Positions 1-8,266 of a DNA stretch of 64,000 bases are shown in pieces. The notes under the pieces were generated by a model that ran no database searches, was not told the origin of the DNA, and worked only from the letters and a program-made list of their open reading frames with translations. The position numbers were made by a program, and so were the translations under genes. The DNA is from Acidimicrobiales bacterium (GTDB taxonomy: Bacteria > Actinomycetota > Acidimicrobiia > Acidimicrobiales > DATDAH01): contig JAYRFK010000008.1 of assembly GCA_041908445.1 (NCBI GenBank), positions 90,583-154,582 of the forward strand, read 5' to 3'. Every line of letters begins with the position of its first letter. The first letter of the stretch is position 1.

Positions 1-1
1 C

Positions 2-526
2 GGCGCGGCGCTGCTCGCCCGGGTGGCCCACGAGCCCGCCGGCGACGACGACCGGGCCGCGGCCGCCGCCGGCGCGGAGCACGCCGCCGCGACGCAGGTC
101 CGCTCGGTGCCCGCCGGGTCGGTGGCCGGCCTGCTCGCCGCCAACCTCGAGCACCCCCGCTGGGACGAGGTCGCCACCCGCTGCCTGGCCTGCACGAACT
201 GCACGATGGTGTGCCCGACCTGCTTCTGCACCACCGTCGAGGACGCCGTCGACCTGGCGGGCACCGTGGCCGAGCGCAGCCAGCGCTGGGACTCCTGCTT
301 CACCCTCGACTTCACCTACCTGGGCGGCGCCCACGTCCGCGGCACCGTGCGGTCCCGGTACCGGCAGTGGCTGACCCACAAGCTCTCCACCTGGGAGGAG
401 CAGTTCGGCGAGCTCGGCTGCGTCGGTTGCGGACGCTGCATGACGTGGTGCCCCGTGGGCATCGACCTGACCGAGGAGGTCGCCGCCATCGCGGCGACCG
501 GGGCCGTCGGGGGAGGGGCGCCGTGA
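2..526 (+). CDS. hyhB: [NiFe]-hydrogenase group-3b-type beta subunit (4Fe-4S dicluster protein), C-terminal part; 5' end lies outside the window
   Basis: The frame is open to the window edge. Two ferredoxin motifs are present: [16 protein letters not shown] and [12 protein letters not shown]. Stop TGA 524-526 overlaps the GTG start of the next gene. The gamma, small and large hydrogenase subunits follow. Confidence 0.8.
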   Translation, partial: GAALLARVAHEPAGDDDRAAAAAGAEHAAATQVRSVPAGSVAGLLAANLEHPRWDEVATRCLACTNCTMVCPTCFCTTVEDAVDLAGTVAERSQRWDSCFTLDFTYLGGAHVRGTVRSRYRQWLTHKLSTWEEQFGELGCVGCGRCMTWCPVGIDLTEEVAAIAATGAVGGGAP

Positions 527-990
527 CGGTCACCGCCGCGGCGCTGGCCGCCCACCCGTTCACGGCCGGGCTGCCCGAGCCCGACCTCGCCGCGCTGGCG
601 GCGTGCGCCGAACCCGTCCACCTCGCCGCCGGCCACGTGGTCTTCCGCGAGGGTGACCCCGCCGAGCGCTTCTACCTGGTGCAGTCGGGGCGGATCGGCC
701 TCGAGGTCCACGCCACCGGCCGGCCCGCCCACCTCCTCACCACCCTCGGGGCCGGCGACCTGCTCGGCGCCTCGTGGCTGTTCCCGCCCTACCAGTGGCA
801 GTTCGAGGCGGTCGTGCTCGACGACGCCGAGGCCCTCGCCCTCGACGCGGTGGCGGTGCGGGCGCTCTGCACCGCCGACGACGGGCTCGGCCACCGGGTC
901 GTCGAGCGGGTCGCCGCGGTGCTGGTCAAGCGCCTCCAGGCCGCCCGCCTGCGCCTGCTCGACCTCTACGGGGACCGCGGCGATGCCTGA
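523..990 (+). CDS. Stand-alone cyclic-nucleotide-binding (Crp-type effector) domain protein with no HTH
   Basis: GTG 523 forms a GTGA overlap with the upstream stop. The translation [22 protein letters not shown]...[13 protein letters not shown] is typical of a cNMP-binding beta-barrel. At about 155 aa it has no DNA-binding domain. Confidence 0.75.
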   Translation: MTVTAAALAAHPFTAGLPEPDLAALAACAEPVHLAAGHVVFREGDPAERFYLVQSGRIGLEVHATGRPAHLLTTLGAGDLLGASWLFPPYQWQFEAVVLDDAEALALDAVAVRALCTADDGLGHRVVERVAAVLVKRLQAARLRLLDLYGDRGDA

Positions 991-1849
991 GGCCACCCTG
1001 CCCGCCGACCCGATGGTCCCCGTGCCCTACCGGGTCGTGGCCCGACGCTGGGACAACGACGACACGGCCACGCTCTCGCTGGCGCCGGTGGGCACCGGCC
1101 TGCCCGCGCCGCGGCCCGGGCAGTTCTTCATGCTCTGGGCCCCCGGGGTGGGCGAGGTGCCGATCTCGCTGGGCGGCCTCGGTGCCGGTGGCGTCCTCGA
1201 CGAGTCGGTGCGGGTGGTGGGCGCGGTCAGCAAGGCGCTGGCCGAGGCCCCCGAGGGGGCGGTGCTCGGCGTGCGGGGCCCCTACGGGCGCCCCTGGGAC
1301 ATCGACGCCACCCGAGGCCGCGACGTGGTGGTGGTCGCGGGCGGCATGGGCCTGGTCCCGCTCCGCCCGGCCGTGCTCGCGCTGCTCGACCGCCTCGACG
1401 CCGGCGCCGGCGCGGCCGCTGGGATGGGGGCGCGGCGGCTCTCGATCGTCGTGGGCGCCCGCACCCCGGCCGACCTGCTCGACCAGGCCGAGTTGGCGGC
1501 GTGGGGTGAGCGGCCGGACGTCGAGGTGCTCCTGACCGTCGACCGGGCCGATCGCTCCTGGCACGGCCACGTGGGCGTGGTCACCGAGGTGCTCGACCAG
1601 CTCGACACCGAGCCGGCGACCGCCGCGGCGCTGGTGTGCGGCCCCGAGATCATGATGCGGTTCACCGCCCAGGCCCTCGAGGCCATGGGCATGCCCCGGG
1701 CCGCCATCCAGCTGTCCCTGGAGCGCAACATGAAGTGTGCGATCGGCCACTGCGGCCACTGCCAGCTCGGCGGCGCGTTCGTCTGCCTCGACGGGCCCGT
1801 GGTCACCGCCGACCGGGCCCTGCCCCTGCTGCGGGTGCGCGAGCGATGA
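983..1849 (+). CDS. hyhG: Hydrogenase gamma subunit, FAD/NAD(P)-binding oxidoreductase (PyrK-like) with a C-terminal 2Fe-2S cysteine cluster
   Basis: ATG 983 overlaps the upstream stop by 8 nt. Supporting motifs are [15 protein letters not shown] (NAD-binding) and [17 protein letters not shown]. Its position between the beta and small subunits fits. Confidence 0.85.
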   Translation: MPEATLPADPMVPVPYRVVARRWDNDDTATLSLAPVGTGLPAPRPGQFFMLWAPGVGEVPISLGGLGAGGVLDESVRVVGAVSKALAEAPEGAVLGVRGPYGRPWDIDATRGRDVVVVAGGMGLVPLRPAVLALLDRLDAGAGAAAGMGARRLSIVVGARTPADLLDQAELAAWGERPDVEVLLTVDRADRSWHGHVGVVTEVLDQLDTEPATAAALVCGPEIMMRFTAQALEAMGMPRAAIQLSLERNMKCAIGHCGHCQLGGAFVCLDGPVVTADRALPLLRVRER

Positions 1850-2667
1850 GCGCGACCCCGGACGCCCCCGCCCGCCCCCGCCTGGCGGTCTGGAAGTTCT
1901 CCTCCTGCGACGGCTGCCAGCTGACCCTGCTCGACCGTGAGGACGAGCTGCTCGCCGTCGCCGTCGCCGGCGCGGTCGAGGTCGCGTACTTCCTGGAGGC
2001 GACCAGCGCGACGGTCGAGGGCCCCTACGACGTCTCGCTGGTCGAGGGGTCGATCACCACGCCCCACGACGTCGAACGCATCCAGGAGGTGCGGGCGGCC
2101 TCGAGCGTGCTCGTCACCATCGGCGCCTGCGCCACCGCCGGCGGGGTCCAGGCCCTGCGCAACTTCGCCGACCTCGACGAGTTCACGTCGATCGTCTACG
2201 CCCACCCCGAGTACGTCGACGCGCTGGCCACCTCGACGCCCATCGCCGACCACGTGCCGGTCGACGTCGAGCTACGGGGCTGCCCGATCGACGGGCGCCA
2301 GCTCCTCGAGGTCATCGGTGCCCTCCTGGCCGGCCGGCGTCCGGCCCTGAGCGGGCAGAGCGTCTGCGTGGAGTGCAAGGCCGCCGGCAACGTCTGCGTG
2401 CTCGTCGCCCACGGCACGCCCTGCCTCGGCCCGATCACCCACGCCGGGTGCGGGGCGCTGTGCCCCGGCTACCACCGCGGCTGCTACGGCTGCTTCGGGC
2501 CCATGGAGTCGGCGGCGCCCGACGCCCTGGCACCGGCCCTGCACGCCGCTGGCATGGACGACGCCGATGTCGGCCGGTTCCTGCACACCTTCAACGCCTG
2601 GGCCGAGCCCTTCCGCACCGCGGGCGCGGTGCGCCTGGCCGACCCGACCCGGAGGAGCGCGACGTGA
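1846..2667 (+). CDS. hyhS: [NiFe]-hydrogenase small (delta) subunit, cytosolic type with no Tat signal
   Basis: ATGA start/stop overlap at 1846-1849. Supporting translation: [32 protein letters not shown] and [12 protein letters not shown]...[19 protein letters not shown] (FeS ligands). Confidence 0.9.
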   Translation: MSATPDAPARPRLAVWKFSSCDGCQLTLLDREDELLAVAVAGAVEVAYFLEATSATVEGPYDVSLVEGSITTPHDVERIQEVRAASSVLVTIGACATAGGVQALRNFADLDEFTSIVYAHPEYVDALATSTPIADHVPVDVELRGCPIDGRQLLEVIGALLAGRRPALSGQSVCVECKAAGNVCVLVAHGTPCLGPITHAGCGALCPGYHRGCYGCFGPMESAAPDALAPALHAAGMDDADVGRFLHTFNAWAEPFRTAGAVRLADPTRRSAT

Positions 2668-3980
2668 GCGACGACGGCACGGACGGCCCTGACGGCACCC
2701 GCACCATCCGCGTCGAGGCCCTCGCCCGGGTCGAGGGCGAGGGGGCCATGCACGTCGAGATCCGCGACGGCGCCCTCGTCGGCGTGGAGCTCCAGATCTA
2801 CGAACCGCCGCGCTTCTACGAGGCGTTCCTGCGGGGCCGGCGCCACACCGAGCCGCCCGACCTCACCGCCCGTATCTGCGGGATCTGCCCGGTCGCGTAC
2901 CAGATGAGCGCGTGCGAGGCGATCGAGGACGCCTGCGGCGTGGTGGTCGACGGGCCCCTCCGGGACCTGCGCCGCCTCCTCTACTGCGGCGAGTGGATCG
3001 AGAGCCACACCCTGCACGTGTACCTGCTGCACGCCCCCGACTTCCTCGGCTACGACGGCGCCATCGAGATGGCGGCGGACCACCGGGACGCGGTCGAGGC
3101 GGGCCTCGCGCTGAAGAAGGTCGGCAACCGCATCGTCGAGATCGTGGGTGGCCGGGCCATCCACCCGGTCAACGTGCGGGTCGGCGGCTTCCACCGGGCG
3201 CCGTCGCGGGCCGAGCTGCGCCCGCTGCTCGACGACCTGCGCCGGGTGCGCCCCATCGCCGAGGACACGGTGCGCTGGGTGGCGGGGTTCGACTTCCCGG
3301 ACCTGTCGTACGACCACGACCTCGTGGCCCTGTCCCGGCCCGACGAGTACGCCGTGGTCGGTGGGCGCATCGCGTCGACCTCGGGGCTGGACCTGGCGCC
3401 CGCCGAGTTCCCCCACCACTTCGTCGAGGAGCACGTGGCCCGGTCCAACGCGCTGCACGCCCACCGGGCCGACGGCGGTCGCTACCTGGTCGGGCCGATG
3501 GCCCGCTTCGCGCTCGGCCACGACCGGCTCACGCCCGCCGCCCGGGCCCTCGCCGCCGAGGTGGGCCTGTCGCCGGACGAGCGCAACCCGTTCCGCAGCA
3601 TCGTCGTGCGCGCCGTCGAGGTGCTGCACGCGGTGGACGAGGCCATCGCCCTGCTCGAGGGCTTCGAGGAGCCCGACGCCTCCTGGGTGCCCGTCGAGCC
3701 TCGTGCCGGCGTGGGCCACGGCGTCTCCGAGGCGCCCCGCGGCCTGCTCTACCACCGCTACGAGCTCGACGAGGAGGGCCTCATCACCGACGCCGTGATC
3801 GTGCCGCCCACGTCGCAGAACCAGCCGGCCATCGAGGACGACCTGTTCCGGCTGGTCGAGGCCAACCTCGACCTCGACGACGACGCCCTGCGCCACGTGA
3901 GCGAGCAGTCCATCCGCAACCACGACCCGTGCATCTCGTGCGCCACCCATTTCCTGCAGCTGACGGTGGACCGCGGGTGA
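2664..3980 (+). CDS. hyhL: [NiFe]-hydrogenase large (alpha) subunit
   Basis: GTGA overlap at 2664-2667. The N-terminal Ni-Fe ligand motif [10 protein letters not shown] and the C-terminal motif [10 protein letters not shown] are present, followed by a short cleavable tail. Confidence 0.95.
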   Translation: MSDDGTDGPDGTRTIRVEALARVEGEGAMHVEIRDGALVGVELQIYEPPRFYEAFLRGRRHTEPPDLTARICGICPVAYQMSACEAIEDACGVVVDGPLRDLRRLLYCGEWIESHTLHVYLLHAPDFLGYDGAIEMAADHRDAVEAGLALKKVGNRIVEIVGGRAIHPVNVRVGGFHRAPSRAELRPLLDDLRRVRPIAEDTVRWVAGFDFPDLSYDHDLVALSRPDEYAVVGGRIASTSGLDLAPAEFPHHFVEEHVARSNALHAHRADGGRYLVGPMARFALGHDRLTPAARALAAEVGLSPDERNPFRSIVVRAVEVLHAVDEAIALLEGFEEPDASWVPVEPRAGVGHGVSEAPRGLLYHRYELDEEGLITDAVIVPPTSQNQPAIEDDLFRLVEANLDLDDDALRHVSEQSIRNHDPCISCATHFLQLTVDRG

Positions 3981-4453
3981 GGGTCGGCGTCCTCGCGGTG
4001 GGCAACCGCTTCGCCGGCGACGACGCCATCGGCCCGCTGGTGCTCGACGCCGTCCGGGACGACCTGCCTGCGGGCGTGCCGGCGGTCGAGCTCGACGGCG
4101 AGCCCGCCCGGATCCTCGACGCCTGGGACGGCCTCGACGCGGTGGTCCTCGTGGACGCGGCGTCCTCGGGGATGCCGGTGGGCACGGTCCACCGCGTCGA
4201 CCTGGAGCCACCGTGTGCGCCGACGGTCCTCCCGGCGCGCGGGGGCACCTCCTCGCACGCCGCGGGGGTGGCCGAGGCACTGGGGTTGGGTCGGACGCTC
4301 GGTCGGGTGCCCGCCACCGTCATCGTCCTCGCCGTCGAGGGCCGTCGGTTCGGTCCGGGCGAGGCGCCGTCCACTGCGGTCGCCGCTGCGGTCGACGGGG
4401 TCGCTCGGGCGGTGCGCGACGAGGTCGGGCGCCTCGTGGCGGTGCCCGCCTGA
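3977..4453 (+). CDS. Hydrogenase maturation endopeptidase (HycI/HoxW family)
   Basis: GTGA overlap with the hyhL stop. The start [22 protein letters not shown] and the later VLVDA are typical of hydrogenase proteases. Confidence 0.85.
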   Translation: MRVGVLAVGNRFAGDDAIGPLVLDAVRDDLPAGVPAVELDGEPARILDAWDGLDAVVLVDAASSGMPVGTVHRVDLEPPCAPTVLPARGGTSSHAAGVAEALGLGRTLGRVPATVIVLAVEGRRFGPGEAPSTAVAAAVDGVARAVRDEVGRLVAVPA

Positions 4454-4701
4454 TGTGCGTCAGCGACGTGGGTCGGGTGGCGGCCATCACCGCCGACGGC
4501 GCCGCCGCGGAGCTCGTCGAGGGCGGCCCCCGGCGCACCGTCTCACTCGCGGTGCTGGTACTGGAGGGCACGCCGGTCGAGGTGGGGGACTGGGTCGAGG
4601 TGCACACCGGCCTGGCCGTCGGCGAGCTGGCCGGGGAGGACGCCCGGGCCCGGCTCGCCGCGCTGCACGAGGCGGGCGCCCTCGGCCGCGCGGCCGACTG
4701 A
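4453..4701 (+). CDS. hypC: HypC/HybG/HupF-family hydrogenase assembly chaperone
   Basis: TGATG stop/start junction. The 82-aa protein starts MCVSDVGRV (conserved Cys2) and carries GDWVEVHTGLAV near its C-terminus. Confidence 0.8.
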   Translation: MCVSDVGRVAAITADGAAAELVEGGPRRTVSLAVLVLEGTPVEVGDWVEVHTGLAVGELAGEDARARLAALHEAGALGRAAD

Positions 4702-4705
4702 GCCC

Positions 4706-5440
4706 GTGAGCGAGACCGGCGCGGCACGCTTCGCCCGGTACGCGCACCCGCCGAGCGCGCTCGGCTACTGCGGCCCGCCGGGGGAGCCGCTCGCCGCCGA
4801 CGCCACCGCGGCGGCGGTGAGCCGCGCCGCGCCGCGGTTCGAGGGCGCCTGGCCCTACCTCGAGCTGATCGCCCGCGAGGCGGGCCTCGACGATCCCCTC
4901 GACGATCGGGTCGTCGAGGCCTACTGGCTCGGCGGTGCGCTGAGCGACGCGGTGGCGCCGGCGGTGCTCGGCCCCTGGCTACGGGACCGGTTCGGGGACC
5001 GCCTCGGCGTGCCCTGGCCGGAGGTCGAGGCCGCGGTCGCGCTCGGCGGTCGCCCCACCCACCTCTTCCACGTCTTCGGCGCCTCCCCGTGGGTGGCCCT
5101 GCTCGCCAAGGGCCTCGTGGACGAGCCCCTGCGGGTGCTCGACGGCTGCCGGATCGGGTGGGGCGAGGTCGTCGCCGTCGACGCCGCGACGGTGACCGTC
5201 GTCAGCGAACCGCTGCGGTGGGACGGCACTCGGTTGATCCTGGGCGAGGCGATCGAGCGGCCCTTCCGGGTGCGGCCGGGTGCGGTCGCTCGCCTGCCCT
5301 CAGCGGGCGACGCGGTCTCGCTGCATTGGGACCGGGTCTGCGAGGTGGTGGGCCCAGCGGCGGTCGACCGCCTGCGAACCGCCTCGGACGAGCACCTCGA
5401 GCTCGTCGAGCGCCGCCTTCGGGTGCTCCGTCGGCCCTGA
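4706..5440 (+). CDS. Hydrogenase-cluster-associated uncharacterised protein with a HypC-like C-terminal segment
   Basis: It starts (GTG) 4 nt after the hypC stop and has high GC3 throughout. The C-terminal part, GEVVAVDAATVTVVSE...GDAVSLHWDRVCEVV, resembles the HypC OB-fold pattern. Confidence 0.65.
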   Translation: MSETGAARFARYAHPPSALGYCGPPGEPLAADATAAAVSRAAPRFEGAWPYLELIAREAGLDDPLDDRVVEAYWLGGALSDAVAPAVLGPWLRDRFGDRLGVPWPEVEAAVALGGRPTHLFHVFGASPWVALLAKGLVDEPLRVLDGCRIGWGEVVAVDAATVTVVSEPLRWDGTRLILGEAIERPFRVRPGAVARLPSAGDAVSLHWDRVCEVVGPAAVDRLRTASDEHLELVERRLRVLRRP

Positions 5441-5827
5441 GGCGCCGACCAGGGTGCAGGCACCGACCACGTCCCCGTCGGGGTCGACCGTGGTCGCGGC
5501 GAAGTCGGCGAAGGGGTGGCGACCACCGGCGCCGGCGAGCACGAGGGGCACGTTGCGGCGCAGGGCGCAGAGGGCGCCGTACTCGGAGCGCACGACCCGG
5601 TCCAAGGGCCGGGCCCGCACGACGAGGACGACGTCGAGGTCGCCCAGTCCACAACCGGTGCCGTCGAGGGTCGCGCAGTCCCGGCCGTAGTCGTCGGCGA
5701 GGGGACACCCCACGACACGGTGACCGGCGTGCTGCAGCTGGCGTGCGGCCCGGTCGACGGCCCACGCCTCGGTGCCCACGACGAGCACCGAGAGCACCTC
5801 GTTCTGCTCTCGATCCCCCGTTGCCAT
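5300..5827 (-). CDS. Hypothetical protein
   Basis: ATG start at 5827 with high GC3. The sequence looks plausibly globular (VLSVLVVGTEAWAVDRAARQLQHAGHRVVG...). The first stop lies at 5300, which forces a 141-nt overlap with the convergent gene ending at 5440. Confidence 0.5.
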   Translation of the reverse strand: MATGDREQNEVLSVLVVGTEAWAVDRAARQLQHAGHRVVGCPLADDYGRDCATLDGTGCGLGDLDVVLVVRARPLDRVVRSEYGALCALRRNVPLVLAGAGGRHPFADFAATTVDPDGDVVGACTLVGASGPTEHPKAALDELEVLVRGGSQAVDRRWAHHLADPVPMQRDRVAR

Positions 5828-5906
5828 GCCTGGAGCATGCGCCCCGAGGGGGTCGGTCGGGGAGGGTCGAAGGTCACCAAGCGGTGACCGAGGTCACCGC
5901 CGGTGG

Positions 5907-6287
5907 TCAGGCCTTGCGGTCCCGGGCGGCCTTCGACCGGGCCAGCAGCGCCGCCAGGCGGTCGTCGGCCGGTGCCGCGGCGCCGCCACCCTCGCCCTCG
6001 CCCTCGCCCTCGGCGGGGGCGGCGGTGGCCGCCTCGGCCTTGGCCGCGGCATCCGCCTCGGCCTGCTCGCGGTTGGCCTGCCAGTCGTCCCACTCGGCCT
6101 CGGGGACGAGCTTGCTCTCGGCCACGGAGTTGAAGGAGGTGCCGTTGTCGAACGCCACGCGGTAGCGGGTGATGGTCATGCCCACCGAGCGGCCCACCTT
6201 GCCGGCGGTGCCCGACGGGGCGCCGGGGAGGTCGGTGTTGACGACGACTCGCGTCCCCTTCTTGAGGGTGGTGGTGTCGGTGGCCAT
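5907..6287 (-). CDS. Hypothetical protein with an Ala/Glu/Gly-rich C-terminus
   Basis: ATG start with coding-like composition: KKGTRVVVNTDLPGAPSGTAGKVGRSVGMTITRYRVAFDNGTSF. It contains an (EG)4 repeat encoded by (CCCTCG)4 on the + strand. Confidence 0.6.
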   Translation of the reverse strand: MATDTTTLKKGTRVVVNTDLPGAPSGTAGKVGRSVGMTITRYRVAFDNGTSFNSVAESKLVPEAEWDDWQANREQAEADAAAKAEAATAAPAEGEGEGEGGGAAAPADDRLAALLARSKAARDRKA

Positions 6288-6384
6288 GGCGGCAGACGCT
6301 ACTCAGCCGCCGCCGGGGCCGACCACCTCGCTCCGGGCGGGGCCGGACTGTCGGACCGGTGGGACACCGTGCCAGTGTGGCCCG

Positions 6385-6960
6385 GTGGAGTGGGCCCAGG
6401 CGTTCGGCATCGCCTTCGGTGTGGTGTTCGTGGCGGAGCTCGGCGACAAGAGCCAGCTCCTCGCGCTCGCGCTGGCCGCCCGCTACCGGCCGCTGCCGGT
6501 CCTCGTGGGCATCGCCCTCGGCGCCGCCTTCATGTTCGCCCTCTCGGTGGCGGTGGGCGCCGTGGTCGGGGCCGCACTGCCGACCCGTGTCATCAACGTG
6601 GTCGCCGGCCTCGCCTTCGTCGGCTTCGGGCTCTGGACCCTGCGCGGCGAGGACGAGGAGGAGGACGAGGAGACGCCGGAGGTGCGGGCCCACTCGGTCG
6701 TGCTCACCACCGCCGGTGCGTTCCTCGTGGCCGAGCTGGGGGACAAGACCATGCTCGCCACCATCACCCTGGCCTCGACCAACGGGGTCCTCGGAACGTG
6801 GGGCGGTGCGACCCTCGCCATGGTCGCGGCCGACGCCCTCGCCATCGCCCTGGGCGCGCTCCTGGGTGCCCGCCTGCCGGAGCGGGCGATACGGGTCGGC
6901 GCGGCCGTGCTGTTCTTCGTGTTCGGCGCGGTGCTGATCGTCGACGGCCTGCGGGGCTGA
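6385..6960 (+). CDS. UPF0016 (GDT1/TMEM165/MneA-like) family cation (Mn2+/Ca2+) transporter
   Basis: Two copies of the family signature E-x-G-D-K-(S/T) are present: VAELGDKSQL and VAELGDKTML. The two hydrophobic halves are separated by an acidic loop (EDEEEDEE). The start is taken at GTG 6385, so the exact start is uncertain. Confidence 0.8.
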   Translation: MEWAQAFGIAFGVVFVAELGDKSQLLALALAARYRPLPVLVGIALGAAFMFALSVAVGAVVGAALPTRVINVVAGLAFVGFGLWTLRGEDEEEDEETPEVRAHSVVLTTAGAFLVAELGDKTMLATITLASTNGVLGTWGGATLAMVAADALAIALGALLGARLPERAIRVGAAVLFFVFGAVLIVDGLRG

Positions 6961-7012
6961 GCGCTTCCGGGGGTGCCCCCGAACCCGGGGGGTGCGCCGG
7001 TAGCGTCGACGC

Positions 7013-8254
7013 GTGCCCGCGCCACCCCGGCGGCCGACCGAACGGACCTTCCTCATCCGCCGCCTCGTCGTGGGCGGGGTGGCCCTGGTCTTCCTGGTCG
7101 TGCTCATCGCCATCGGGTCGGCCGCCATCGGCGCCCTCTCGGGCGGCGGCGGGGGAGGGGACGCCGGCGACGGCGGCGAGGACGCCACCACCGAGACCAC
7201 GATCCCCCCGGCCGAGCGCATCCCGCCCGGACCGCCCGCCGCCGAGCGCACGCTGCAGGTGGCCGAGACCATCGGCGGCGAGATCTCACCCAAGTCCGTG
7301 GTGGCCTCCAACACGGGCCTCGTGTTCGCCCAGAACATGATGTACCACCACACGGTCACCGTGTACTCGAGCGAGGGCGAGCAGGTGGCGACGATCCCCG
7401 ACACCGTCGACCTGGCCGAGTTCGGCCTCGCCGACGTGCCCACCGTCGTCCAGGGCGCCCCCGTCGAGGGCGCGCTCAGCCCCGACGGCCGGCACTACTG
7501 GGTCTCGAACTACTCGATGTACGGGCCCGGCCAGGGCCCCGAGGGCGCCGACGAGTGCACCCCCGAGAGCTCGGTCGCGAACGGGTACACCCCGAGCTAC
7601 CTCTACCGCATCGACACCGACGCCCTGGCCATCGACGCGGTGGCCCAGGTCGGGCTCGTGCCCAAGTACGTCGCCACCACGCCGGACGGGCAGTTCGTGC
7701 TGGCCACCAACTGGTGCTCGTGGGACCTGTCGATCGTCTCGGCGGAGACCCACGAGCCGGTGGCGACCGTCCCGAACCTGGGCCGCTACCCCCGCGGCAT
7801 CGTGGTGTCGCCCGACTCCCGCTACGCCTACGTGGCGGTGATGGGGGAGAGCCACATCGCCAAGGTCGACCTGCAGTCCCGCACGATCGTCGGCACCATC
7901 GAGGTGGGCCGGGGCCCGCGCCACGTCGTGCTCGACCCCGAGGGGCGCTACCTGTACGCCAGCCTCAACCAACTGGGCGAGGTGGTGAAGGTCGACCTCA
8001 CCACCGACCAGGTCGTGGCCCGCGTGCCGACCGGGGCCGAGGCCCGCTCGCTGACCATCTCCAGTGACGGCACCGCGCTCTACGTCGTGAACTACGAGTC
8101 CAACACCGTCACCGCGCTGCGGGCGGCCGACCTCGGGGTGCTGCAGACGATCGAGACCGGTGTGCACCCCATCGGCATCACCTACGACGGCGTCACCGGC
8201 GACGTGTGGGTGGCGATCTACACCGGCCAGATCCTGCGCCTCAGCTCGGCCTGA
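7013..8254 (+). CDS. Membrane-anchored YVTN-type beta-propeller repeat protein
   Basis: An N-terminal TM helix (LVVGGVALVFLVVLIAIGSAAIG) is followed by repeated units of the type SPDGRHYWVSN, TPDGQFVLATN, SPDSRYAYVAV, DPEGRYLYASL and SSDGTALYVVN. Confidence 0.8.
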   Translation: MPAPPRRPTERTFLIRRLVVGGVALVFLVVLIAIGSAAIGALSGGGGGGDAGDGGEDATTETTIPPAERIPPGPPAAERTLQVAETIGGEISPKSVVASNTGLVFAQNMMYHHTVTVYSSEGEQVATIPDTVDLAEFGLADVPTVVQGAPVEGALSPDGRHYWVSNYSMYGPGQGPEGADECTPESSVANGYTPSYLYRIDTDALAIDAVAQVGLVPKYVATTPDGQFVLATNWCSWDLSIVSAETHEPVATVPNLGRYPRGIVVSPDSRYAYVAVMGESHIAKVDLQSRTIVGTIEVGRGPRHVVLDPEGRYLYASLNQLGEVVKVDLTTDQVVARVPTGAEARSLTISSDGTALYVVNYESNTVTALRAADLGVLQTIETGVHPIGITYDGVTGDVWVAIYTGQILRLSSA

Positions 8255-8266
8255 TCGCCGCCGGGC

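Noticed and set aside
2484-4280. Very long ORFs in the track that run antisense to, or out of frame with, recognisable genes. Examples: 2484-4280 (-), 4921-7443 (-), 2912-4453 (+, 5' part), 33680-35824 (-), 35259-37970 (+), 52021-55041 (-), 60170-62446 (-), 27019-28710 (-).
   Set aside because: Their translations are monotonous Arg/Pro/Gly/Ala-rich strings with no motifs. They overlap genes with clear family signatures. Long open antisense frames are expected in DNA of about 70% GC.
5989-6012. The (CCCTCG)4 hexanucleotide tandem repeat.
   Set aside because: It lies inside a CDS and simply encodes an (EG)4 low-complexity tract. It is not a regulatory or CRISPR-like repeat. At most it is a slippage-prone site.
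6288-6384. Possible yybP-ykoY (Mn2+) riboswitch upstream of the UPF0016/GDT1 transporter gene.
   Set aside because: I could not recognise the conserved core of that riboswitch in the 97-nt spacer. The start codon is also uncertain. An Infernal scan would be needed.
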